Below are positions 1 through 12,900 of a DNA stretch of 64,000 nucleotides, piece by piece. The notes under the pieces were generated by a model. The model saw only the letters and a list, made by a program, of their open reading frames with translations, searched no databases and was not told where the DNA came from. A program made the position numbers and the translations under genes. The stretch's first letter is position 1. The number at the start of each line of letters is the position of its first letter. Source of the DNA: Phoronis australis (lineage: Eukaryota; Animalia; Phoronida); contig NMRA01000586.1 in NCBI GenBank assembly GCA_002633005.1, positions 180,212 to 244,211 on the forward strand. The letters run 5' to 3'.

Positions 1-190
1 AGTGGGTGGACATATAGTGGGTGCACGTATAGTGGGTGCACGTATAGTGGGTGCACGTATAGTGGGTGCACGTATAGTGGGTGCACGTATAGTGGGTGCA
101 CGTATAGTGGGTGCACGTATAGTGGGTGCACGTATAGTGGGTGCACGTATAGTGGGTGCATGTATAGTGGGTGCACGTATAGTGGGTGAA
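1..190. repeat. 15-bp minisatellite (AGTGGGTGCACGTAT) x ~12
   Basis: Directly visible near-perfect tandem array; explains the IVGAR ORF. Confidence 0.97.
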
Positions 191-732
191 CCTATAGCTA
201 GTGTACTTTGTGGTCATTGTTTGACACTAACTTAATGGAGCATTTCCTCATGCTCAGGAGCTAAGAGTGATGTCGTTCAAGTTATGTGTTCAAGCCCATC
301 ATCCTATAATAGATAATTACCTCCATCCCCCAGCTGTCTGACCTCAGTGTTTGCAAGTAAAGGGGATTGCTGCCATCACTTTTGACGCCGGGGGGGGAGG
401 GGGGGTCACTTAGTTCTTGCTGACGTTAGAAGTCTGTCAATTGCTGACATAGCAATGAAACGTTTCAGGCCAAATTATGAACAGTTATGAGTGTATTTCA
501 TGAGTTTCGTGTTAAAGGTGCGAGTACAACTTTGAAAATGGTCTTCTGATAATAATTTGTGTTGTCATTTTGATATCGGTGTTGCGTAATCACCAGGATG
601 TTTGATGTCGTACATAACATGTTTCATTGTGACCGGTAAAGTGTGAATTAGTCTTAATGTTTGATGTCATACATAACATGTTTCATTGTTACCGGTAAAG
701 TGTGAACTAGTCTTAATGTTTCTTCATTACAG

Positions 733-3700
733 TTGGAGGTGTACAACTGTGTTAGTCAGGCCATACACAACTCTACAAGAGCAGGGGGCCAGGTAATACA
801 CACACTCTGATAGTGCAGTTACACTAAGGTTGTATGCAGCGCCCTCTCTGAGAACGTTTTGGCATCGTAGTACCCTTTGTTTTAGTCATTTGAAACGGTG
901 ACTGTGTTCCTAACTGTACACTCATGAATATTTGCGATATCGACGTGGCCTGATAAACAGTTTGATATATATGGCTCTGTGATATCAAGTGTTGGTTTGA
1001 TGGCACACTTCACAGTGTAGCTACTTGCTGGGTATTAGCCATTTATCAACATAGCAATATAGTATTTGAGTTAAATTTTATAACGACCTATGATACAATT
1101 AGAATAGTTTTTACAGTTTTGTGTTAAGAATGTAAATGTCGTTGTATTTCACATGGTGCATTACTATATTTCTGCCCACTTCTCACGTATCTCAATCTGT
1201 ACCTCGCAGCATCTTCAAAACTTTCACCTGATTGGCGCTTGGTTCATCCTGCGAGGTCTACAGCACGTGCTTACATTCACACCGGCCAACATTGTGGACC
1301 GGTTCCGCCAGCGTGTGGACAGTAAGGGCACCCCATCTGTGACGGCGCCTGGTGCTCCCCGTGCTAAGGACAGCGGTCAGTCCGTCACAGTGACCAAGGT
1401 GAAAGAAGTGGTAGGCAGGCCAGCCTCAGCCAAAAGGTTGGTAACTTGGCGTCTTGAGATGCAGAAGTTTTCGACAGAAAACTGGTGGATTTGTCACGAC
1501 ATGTCGAGCTTTAAAATAGCAGGAAATTTAGTCATTTCAAGAACATTTACAAATTTTGTCGAAGTGAAGTTTTGGGAAAAAAGCCAGCTGAAAAAATCTG
1601 TTAGAAATCGGCCAATTGATCTGTCCTGAAGTACCACAGCACCACTTTCATTGTAAAGTAGTTACCCACATAGTAAGTACCTCACAAGTTAATTATTATG
1701 TAATTCGTCATTGTGATATGGATGCAAACTAGTTTTAATGAGTTGCAATACCACGAATTTCCAAAATTTGGCCCACGCGAAGGTACGCCAATAGGCGTAT
1801 TTTTGGGAAGTGTTTGCTTGTTTTGAAATGCGTTTACACTATTATTTGATGTAAAATTATGTTTGTTTTGGCTGGACATTATATTTTGGGGTTGTGATTT
1901 CACTCAAATGGTTGTCGTTTTGTGATATTTGTACATATTTTGGAAACGCTGGTGAGTAACTAATTAATGGTAATTATTTGCTTTAAAACATGATAATGAA
2001 ATGTTTGACGCAGTTTCCAAAAATGTACCCCCTCCTTTCCAAAAATATTTACCGGCGTATGCCTGGTTTCATTCGACATGTTTGAAAGATAGTTTTCCGA
2101 CTGTTTGCCCGTTGGCCTATTTTTGGAAATTTCAGGCATTATGCTGTCAAAAAGGTCAAATATCATTGGTGGGTGTGCAATGTGCTGATCAACTCAAGAG
2201 TATGTGACATTTTGAAAACTACGAGGTCAGTTATGCAGCATATTTTCTTCCGCCACAAAACAGGAGAGTTCAGTGTAGGACGGAGCTAATGTATTTAGTC
2301 TCGCTTGTTTAGTTAAAAGCGTGAAGTTTGCAGACCTTCAATTAGAGCTGCGACTATGAGCTGGTATGTTTCTTCTGTTTCTAGTCTGCATGGATTTGGT
2401 GTCTTCTGCGTAGCTCTCGCTTCACAGGCTGTAGACCTGTTGGTGTTCCTGATGGAAGATGTCACTGTGGAGAGTATGGTTGCCATGGTGAGTGACACGC
2501 TCTTTGAAGCCTGTTTTGAGCTTTCACCAACGTCACTTGAAATGAGTGAGCAGTCTCATAATTTATCAGAGTCTATGACTTTTCAAATTGGCCAGGTTAT
2601 GCAAGTGAAGGGAAAATATTACACACTTTCAGTAGTACATTGCACTTAGTAGTTCTTGTGTGATAAAATTATATTAGTTTCTGAAGCGCAAAACAAAATT
2701 GTTTTTTAATTTTCGCAAAGTCAGTCTTGTCCACAAGTTGAAGTTATGTGTTGAGTTAAAATGTACAATTCAAGTATGCCAGTCTCATGTAAAACTGACA
2801 TACTTGAATAGGGTGTATTGAACATGCAGCGACCCTGGACTAGTCATGTGACTGCACAGGACAATATAGTGCTTAGACAAATGTCTGGTGTGACTGAGGC
2901 TTAAAGAATGTAGTAATTATTTGTAATCTTCTAACTATGCTTATGTATGGCAGGAACTAAACTCCAATGCTATTTGAACATGATCTACTCTAAACTAGGT
3001 GGAGTGGTATTCATTGACAACTTGTAAATGTGAAAACAAAAAATTCTGCAAATAGGTGATATTTGCACTAATGACATACCTCGCAGGCTCACATAGCCTG
3101 TGTCACACAGTGTTATTCCCCAACGCGACGTCACGATACTTACTGGTCATGGTTGAGTGATTTACGGCAGATCAGTGGTGTCATGTTAATTGTGACAAGT
3201 GTGGATGTATGTCTGTAAGTCAAGAGTCAGACCTGTCATTAATTGACCTATCGCAAGCTCCGCCCCCTTGCGTAATGTCAACTAACAAACAATAGGTTTT
3301 ACCCGGCATTGTGTTGTTTGTCGGGTAAAATGGCGGCTTGGAAACGAAGGTGTGTAAAGAATGCTGTGTTCTGATTGGTCAGTTAAGCCATCACTCAAAA
3401 TCTTGACAATAGGTCAATTATCATCTCTTACTCCACAGGCCAGTGCAGAGACGAATATGACTGAGATCTCTATTGATGAACCCTACACAGCTTGGCAGAG
3501 GATTGAGATACTGACTAAGACTGTAGACTTGACCAGCCTACTCTACTCTGTGCTGTCTGTGACCTACAGAAAGGTATGTTGTGCAAGACAACACCATATA
3601 GTGATGGTATTCAGGACGGCGTTCAAATCATGTGAGCCACCCTTCTCTGGCACCATAAAAACTATGCTTGACTTGAAGTGAATAAATAAGAGCAAAATTA

Positions 3701-6700
3701 TGTGGATATTGTGCAGACATATGTATGTGTGGATTGGACAGGAATTTGTCTTCATTGTTGTTATTTTCTCTCGAAGTTAGTTTTTACCGTCGAAAGTAGT
3801 TTTTAGAGTTTTCATAAGTTATTACCTGCGGTAAAGCTCAGTGTTGTCTGTGTGGCTCTGCCCTCTGTTCACTTTTATTTATATAAGCCAGGCTGTCCTA
3901 ACTGTTCATGTTCATTTTCAGGCTGCGTCCCTTTATAAGCCAGTCTGTCCTTACTGTTCATGTTCATTTTCAGGCTGCGTCCCTTTATAAGCCAGTCTGT
4001 CCTGACTGTTCATGTTCATTAATTTCAGGCTGCATCCCTTGATAAGCCAGTCTGTCCTTACTGTTCATGTTTATTTTCAGGCTGCGTCCCTGCGTAAGCC
4101 AGGCTGTCCAGATGCTGAGTGTGAGTCCAGCAGCTCATCAGACTCCAATACATACTATGAGGATGACTTCAGCAGCTCAGACGACACCAGTGATGGTAAG
4201 TCCAAGTTGTAGGTCGTAGGTCATATTTAAGAACTCTTTGTGCTGGGAATAACTGTTGTCACATCGTTTTGGGCAGCCAATGAAATTTTGACTCCTTAGA
4301 CAGCTGGAGCATCATGGCAGAGATTAAGTTATCATGGACAATTATACCATTGAACACTATGGAACATATAGAGTACGGTATTGAATTACTTGCGTGTGAT
4401 GCATGGTTTATATTGGCACCCGATGCCTGTACCATTTGACAGCCAGCAGGTTACATGCTCTGGGAACATAGATTGTGGCAGTCCCTTTTAAGCATACCGC
4501 AGATATGAGCTTTGTGCTCACCTTACAGACATGAATGCCACATAGCTCATGTCACTCATTGTGGTAAGCCCGGATCATCCTTGTGTGCAGGCAATGTGAG
4601 CTGATTAGATTAGTTTGCCTATGAAATTTTACCATTCACCCGTATAACACGATGTTGGCTACTTATAAAACAGGAAATCTTGTGAAAAGGTGTATTAGGC
4701 ATACTGTCTTCATTGTTCAGTAGTAACTGGCATTATCTGTTGCAGATGAAGGCTCAGACACCCTGCTGGGGCACTGGTTTGATGATATCATCTCCCCCTC
4801 TGAAGTGAAAGAGTTAGACCCTCCACCCCCTCCTAATCTTCAGCGCTCTCCTGTGCCTGGAGGCAAGAAAGCCAGACATGCTAGTAACTCCGATGCCCCT
4901 AACTTTGTACCCGACAAGAGAAGTCCAGAAGGGGTAGGTTTGCGTCATTAATTTGTTTGTTATAATGTCACGATTTGAGGGCACAATATGGCGATCAAGT
5001 GAATTGTCATTTCCTATTGTTTCATAAAAAGCAAATAACACCTGATTAAGGCTTAAAGAAGCATTCAGCTACTGTCTGGCAGTGGTTAGAGAAATTGTGT
5101 GCTTTCACAATGTTGAAAGCGTTTGAAAAGTCCAAAAAAACAATTTTTGAATTTGATTATTTTTTGGAATGGTGGGATTTTACTATTAGTTAGGTATTTT
5201 TATGCGCCCACATATTTATATGTGGACGCATTATGCCGTCATCTCCGTCCGTCCGTCCGCCCGTCCAGGTGGCGTCTGGCGTCCGCTGCTCTATCTCCAA
5301 AACCCTTTGACATACGTTCATGAAATTTGGCACATATGTTCCATNTGACGTTAACAACAGACAATGACGACTTTTGGACGGATACGCCTACCAGTGTGCC
5401 CCCTAGTGGCAATTTTATTTTTTTTCGTTTACCTCTGTATCTTCACAAGTCCTTAACGGATTTTCATGAAATTTGGTATGTAGGCACCTATTAGTGCGAT
5501 GACGTTATCCTCCCGTTTTCGGATGGATTCGACCTAGTTTGCGACACCCAGTGGCCATTTTACTGTTTTTGAGTCTGGTTTTTGGCGTCCACCCCTCTAT
5601 CAACCAAACCGCTCTAAGTATGATTGTGAAAATTGGCATGTATGTTCTTACTATGAAGAGGACGGTTGACGCTGAATTTCCCATGACTTTGATTACTGTG
5701 GCGCCTCCTGTATTTATGTGATGTTGACAACGGACGATGACGACTTTAGGATGATTCTGACTACCGGTATGCCTCTAGTGGCAATTTAAGTATTTTACAT
5801 TGACCTATGTATTTTCATAGGTCTTCAGGTGTATACTTTGTGTTACTTCGTGACTATGAAGGAAAAGTTCCAAGTAGAAATTTGTTTCTGGCATTCTAAT
5901 GCTGTGCTAATCTCGTATGTTGGTAAATTTGTTTTTTGTTCTATGTTTCTGTGGTGCTTTAAGCAACTGATGTATAGGATGTGCTTGTATTATGAAGATC
6001 ACTCATTTTGCCCCTAGCCTATTGAGGAGACAATGACCATGCCTTTCCATTTTGCAAAGTACATCATACTACATATATGCCCTTTACTGGCCACTTTATG
6101 GTACCAATAATCAACCCTAGAAGGATACCGTATACGGTGCAATTGTGGGCGCATTTCAACGCTCTGCGTTGCTCTTGTTTGTTTATTTATTGAAATGCTT
6201 TCTGTGATATATAGAGAGAGTTGAGAGGGGATATACTAAATGGATGTGTTGTCTATTTCTTATCTACGGCATTGTTGTAATTTTTCAATTCATCACGTAA
6301 TCATCGTTTCAAACAATTTAATCTAGTTGTCTTATTAGCAAAATAACTTTGTTGGGTTTCCAGATGAGTTCCATGTGTTGTGAACTTTAGAGAGTTGTAG
6401 TATATATGGTCATCTGTATGTTATAGTTTGTGTGCTCCATGTGTTGTGAACTTTAGAGAGTTGCAGGATATATCATCATCTCTTTATATAATTGCAGTTT
6501 GTGTGCCTGGCTGGTGACATTCTTAAGTTTATGACTCAACACTTCCTGTCCTCACCGTCTGTCCAAGTAAAGAACTATATCAAGTGAGATTCTTCAGCAG
6601 TTATCAACACATCATTACATTCTATGTTGGCATGCTCGTTGTATTGCGTTTGACCTGATAAAAACGAAAAGCATCAATTTTAAGAACAAGATAAATATAA

Positions 6701-9700
6701 TGTTTTGCACGATTCTGTTTGGAAAACTTTTCATTTCTTTTTTCAAAGTTTACTTCCTGGTTTTACACGATGCAAAACTTTTGTTTGCCAAGCATAAACC
6801 ACGTTGCAATAACTCTCTAATTTGGCAAAAAAGTGCCATTTTTTTAAATGCCAATTGCTTTGCAGCAAGTAATGGTTTATGGCATCTACACAGTATTAAC
6901 CATGCATATTAGACTAAATTTACAATTTGATCTCTTTGTGGAGAAATTTGACAAAAATTGATTTTCGCTTGTCGGCCATATTTTGTGCTGAAGAATTACC
7001 GTAATAATGAAGAAGGAAATTGTCTTATGTTTCTGTCAGTAGAAATTTGCAAAACAAAATCCGGCTTGTCACTCCCTTTATGTGCCAACTGGATAACGAT
7101 AGTCAATCAAAGAGACAATCCTCTTGAGAACAACTCTCTTCGCTAAATTAGACAAAGGTTTGTGTAAAGCATATGTGCAAGTTTTGGCATTGACTCGAGG
7201 TTCATCGGGATCTGTTTACTGCTTCTCGAATTTTGACAAAATTCATCTAACTTCGTAGAAGTTGCGGCCAACACTAGAAGGAAATTGTTGAAAAATAATT
7301 TAAAACTAAATCATTTTAAATTTGTCAGAAATGTTTACCTCAAAATTATGACTAGTGTCTTCAACCCAAATTATTTTCAACAACTTTTTTAATCCACATT
7401 CCTGTATTTTCCTTTGATTTGTTATTTTGGTCTTCATGCTGTTTGCTGTTTCAGGTCGACGTCCAGCCAAGCTCACATGGTGTGTATCGCTCAGGTCACC
7501 AAGGAAGCTGACCGTCATCAATGCACTGTTAAACAAAGTGAGTAATGGCTCCTTGGTTGGTAGAAATTTGAAGCAGTCTCAGATTTGCACCCAAGTTGCA
7601 CTATTCTAATATCTGAATTTTTGATATCATTATCATTTATTGATTGTTCTGCCTAATTCTTACACTGCCATTTTGGTGTGTAGGGAATCATGTCAGGCTA
7701 GTGATAAATGATCATGGTAATTTGTTATTATCATTTATTGAAAACCTCTTTATTATCTGTTATCATTGCTCGTTGATAAGAAATTATGTATCTGTATTAT
7801 CACGATTGGCGATAAACATTGCATAAAAATTGCTTAAACCGTTATAAACCATGTATTTTTATCAATCATTTCTATCATATCATATCACACCATTCATATG
7901 AATTGCTATAAAAAATTATGATAATTTATGATAATTTATGATCAACCAAAACTGCGTGTGTGGTTGACATCATTGGATGCATTGCGAATCTGTGCATCCA
8001 AGAGGTGAATGGGAGTTGTTGATTTTTTTTGCTAGTCATGTCTGGTTGTCATTTACTCTAAATCTGAATCAACTGAAACAATACACTTACAAGTGCCTCG
8101 CAATAGGACACACTTACAAGACCAGAGGTTGGACTAACCTTTGAGTGACTTGTGACCTCGAAAGAAATGTTGTAACAACTCAGTGCCATCAGAATTCAAT
8201 TAGAGATCGGCTGAGCATGTGATGTATGTGTATTCTTGCACACAGCTGCCATTATGGAGGAAGTCTATGTTATTTTGTCCTGTTATGAGGCATGTACTGT
8301 ACACAGTGGTCACTTTGTTGACTCTTAAACTACACATAACAGTTGTCTTTGCACCCCATGCAGGTACGACGTTCCGGGAGTTCTCTGCTGCCTTGGCTTC
8401 ATTCACGCACACCTTGGTATCCAGTGATGTACTCACACAAGAACTACAGGTCAGTTGACCTCTGACCCCTGTAAAGGCACCAATCAAATGGCTACAAAAA
8501 GCATGCCAAACTGTTTACTTTTTCACTTTTTACTGAATATTTGCAAAGATACAGTGTGTCTTGTTACGTTGGATTAGAGGACTTGTTAAAACAGGTGTTA
8601 TGCAAGTGATTGGTGTAATTTTATTGGCATTCTTCTAGTGCTATGACATATTGCTAATTTTTATGATCAGAAGTGAAAGAATCAAATTAATAAACTTGAG
8701 CAAAGTTCACGGAAAAATGACTGTGAGACTGAGCTCATCAATCAGACACTCTCCAGCAAATCATTAGATTTCATGATTATTTTTATTGAGTAGTTGACTG
8801 TGTATAGTTGTGTTAATAGACTTAGCTGATAAAAAATGGCATCAGGGGTCAAGGGCAATCAGTCACTAGTCATGGCAACCTTGTAACATTACATTATGTT
8901 GGACCTATTTCAATATTTACTTTAGGAGTCTCTGCTCTCCCTCCTGTCTGTGAACCCAAGTTCCAGTGATCCCTGGCCACTGCGCATTCAGTCACGCACG
9001 CTCGCTGTCTTCTTGGAGATTATTTTGCTACGTCAACAGCGTGAGCGCACCAGCCAAGTCATCAAAAGCCAGACAGAGGCGGCTATCATCAATGTTTGGA
9101 CGCGCTTTATATCATCGCTGAAGACAGCCATTTTGAAGTATGGCAGCGACTTAGGGGACTACGAAGGTGAGTGTTGTCACAACTCTTACAGTTTGAAATC
9201 AGTTAAAGCAAGTCATGAGCAAAAATTTCCTTCTGTTTACCGAATATGACTTCTTGTATTTGAAATGAGTGTTTGTTTGGCTCACTGTTTTGTAGCCATT
9301 AGATACATGATTTCCTTGTGAACTCCACATTTCACCAAAAGTCTTCTCTCCTTCTCATCTCACCAAGTCTAGTCCCTCCACATCATCTCAACAACTCTAA
9401 TCTTCTTTCCACGTCATCTCACCAACTCTAATCTTCTCTCAACATCATCTCAAGTCCAGTCTACTCTCCACTTCATCTCATCAACTCTAATCTTCTTTTC
9501 ACATCATCTCATCAAGTCCAGTCTTCTCTCCACATCATCTCACCAACTCCAGTCTTCTCTCCACATCATCTCACCAACTCCAGTCTTCTCTCCACATCAT
9601 CTAATCAACTCTAATCTTCTCCACAGATGTCAACGTTGAACACCTCCAAGTGCTCGTCTTCCTCTTCCATGGATTGCCTCTCCTTCAGAAGAAGTCAGTT

Positions 9701-9926
9701 CTTGTTCAGCTGGCCAACTGCGTCATCTCTGTCGCAGAGACAGATCGCTGCACACTGGACAACCTCGTTCCCCTGCCATTGTCCAGACTTGTACTCATCG
9801 TTGATTATCTTCTACGCAGCTTCTACGACCCTTCACCGGACCTAATGAGCCAGGTAAGGACAGGTCACAGGACAACATTGACCTTAAATTACTCGATTTA
9901 TGCAAATGGCCTGTGGGACGTGTGTG

Positions 9927-9958
<32 letters not shown>

Positions 9959-12900
9959 TGCGTGTGTCAAACCAGGTGCTGACGAGTCATGTTGAGGAAT
10001 GGTTATGTTGATAAAATGTACTTAGGATGTTAGTGTGGTTACTGTATTTACTGTGTCAGTTAAGTAGCAAGCTGTGATGTTGAGAGGTATGTTCTGCTTC
10101 ATAGCTGGCTGGCCAACCTCCTTGTAACTACCTGTTCAAGGTTTTGCATTATTTTCGTAGCTGCGTAAGATCCTCATTGGTGACAATGATGACAGCGGTC
10201 TTGGAGTATGGAGTATGGGAGTTGGATATGTAAAGTTAATATGTGATTAGAAGCTACATCAACCTACAGGTTATGATAAGGACAAAGTGCTGAGCCTTGT
10301 TCTAGGACATGCCTGAATCGACAGTCTGTGTTTACTGGATAATACCAGTCTTATTTTAGTGATTTGACTACAAAATCTACCTCGCTTGAAAACGGTTTTC
10401 TTTCTTTAGAACCAATAACCTGGACACCATGTTGTATGTTATTAACTTGATGTAACTGACTGTAGAAATTGTCAATATGTTCCATAGTCTTTATGTTGAG
10501 AGGCATTTTCTCTCACCCTTTTTAGGATGTTTTAGTGTCTATTGCTTTGTCATTGTTGTTACTTGTGCTCTTATTATAGGTACAGGGAAACTTGTTTGTC
10601 ATACCCAGCGGAGGGAAGGTGGCAGACAGTGAGAAGAGCTCATCATCTGAAGTGCTACACTTTGCTTGTCGAGAGGTGGAGGAAAGTTACTGGAAGAGCC
10701 TGTCGTCTGCTCAAGGCAGCCATGCAGGTATGTGAAGAATGCTGTTTGTAAAGGTCTTGGGAATGTCTTCAATCATCCAGAGCTAGTGTGCAGTAAATAT
10801 TGGGAGTTTTGAAGTTTTTGGAAACTTCATCGAGAAGTGTGTGAATTCAGCCAATTATCTGTCTGCAAAGCAATAGATTTTAATTCCATCAATTTTTTGA
10901 AAACAGAAAGGCTGTAGATTTTGATTGTTAGTAATCTGCCATGGTTTGGATCACATGTGCGTGTCTTTTCAAAAGGAGGTTCATTAATAAAAAAGCAATC
11001 ATCACTAGCGTGTCATAAAATTTAAGATAAAATCACAAAAGTGCTGTAATTGTCTAAATTATCAATTCCTAATTCCTAGAAGTTAATAAGCCATTTCTAA
11101 GATTCGATGTTCTGAAGTTTACCAAATGTGGGCCAACATAAACCTTAAGCAACATATGATGCCCTCTATTGAAGTTGTACTGGCGGCCATTGAAGACTTC
11201 CACTAAGCAATGATTCTGTTGATTTTGCTTATTGATGAGCTCATTTCCATCTTGTTAACAGTAGAGACACTATGACACTGTTGTGTTCATTTAACCTCCT
11301 CTCTCCTCAGAGTCGTCCATGTCGCCTCGTTTTTACAACCTGGGCGTGCTCACAGTCAACAGTCAGGACAGTCCTCGTGTGGACGGCTTAGCCTGTAGCT
11401 TCCTGCTGGGTACCCCTGACCAGGTGGACTACGGGGCCTTCTACAAGGCATGTGTGTCTCTACTGTTGGCCGGGTCCAAGATGGACACCGTCAAGAACAT
11501 GGACGTACTGGTGAGTTCTGTAACTGGACAACTGAGGGAAGCAGTGAGCGATGATTTTGAAATGCACTCGTTATCAAGATTTCATGCTTGTCAGTTATTG
11601 TGCATGGCATGTGACTGATTCAGTAGTTTTCAGTGGCAAGCTGGTCTGCATTTTGACTACATTTATGTTTTGACTAAAATTTCGTCAAAATCTCAAAGCT
11701 TTTTTGTCCCTCACTGTTCTCTGAAATAGGAACCTGCGTGCCAATTCCAAGAAGATTAGTGGCTAGGAGATGAACCATCCTCATATGTCTATCGAGTTGA
11801 ATGATCGAGAGTTTCACTGCTTTTACTTACAATTGAAATTCTATATTTTCTACCTCCCTTTAGTCATAGTCTTTGTGTTTCCTACAGTCTTGTCCTTGCT
11901 GCTCAAAGTCATCAGATAATTCTTAACCTGGTGGACATCAGATGAATTACTTGCAGTGATGTCATAAGCTTGTGTACTTCATTAACATGTCTTCGTCTGG
12001 TACAGGCCGCCTCATCACTGCACTATCATCTGGTTATCTGCTGGCGTCTGCTCGGATGTCTGCCCCCATCTGTCCCCTTTCTGCACTTGCTGCAGTCTGG
12101 CTGTCTCAACATGGACGAGGCTATGGTACTGCACGCGTTGCGCTGGACACCGCGACTGGCGCACAAGGCCTACGCCACCTGGACCAAGGTAGGGGCTGCT
12201 GGTGTACTGTTAGAGTCTGTGCAAGTAAAGTTATTTTCAAGAAATGGACAGAGTAACTGTGTTTCCGTCACAATTCTTTAACGTTTCTGAGCAAAAAGTT
12301 TAAATAGGCCTCAAATGATTAGTGCTGTTGTGGTGTGGGTTTTCGTCATTTTATATCGACAAAGCTTGATGAATTTTATGGAATGTCGCCAACTTTTTAA
12401 AAAGCTAACTACAATTGCATTTTTTCAGATATTTCCCACAGAAATGATTGTCAAACATTTCTATTTTTTAAAACCTGGCTTTAGTCTAAGGAATCCTTGA
12501 ACTAAAGCCAGATTTTGAAAAACAGATAAATGTTTGATATATTTAACATAAGATTGGTTGTCTTTTGTCATTTGCAAGGTCAAGAATCATTTCGCTTTTT
12601 TTGCAGGATTTTTTAGTGAAGCAGGGTTTGACCACTCAGCAGGCCGACGCCCTAGTCACTGGTGCGGTCCAGACGGCTAACAATGCCAAGTATGACGTCC
12701 GCCTAGTGTTTCAGCACATGCAGGAGCAGGTAGGTCGACTTAATAATGTTATTTGCAGTCTTTCTACTACTATAAGTGAAATCTAATTCAAACATCCCAG
12801 GGATCTTTCAAATGTTGTCTTTGTTGTCCACAATTCAAAAGCCACTTTTAACTAAAAATAAACTAACTCTTTTAAACCCACATTTTGCCAAAGAAACATG

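Noticed and set aside
2-235. 77-aa IVGAR-repeat ORF
   Set aside because: Translation of a 15-bp intronic minisatellite whose unit is a multiple of 3; no coding evidence.
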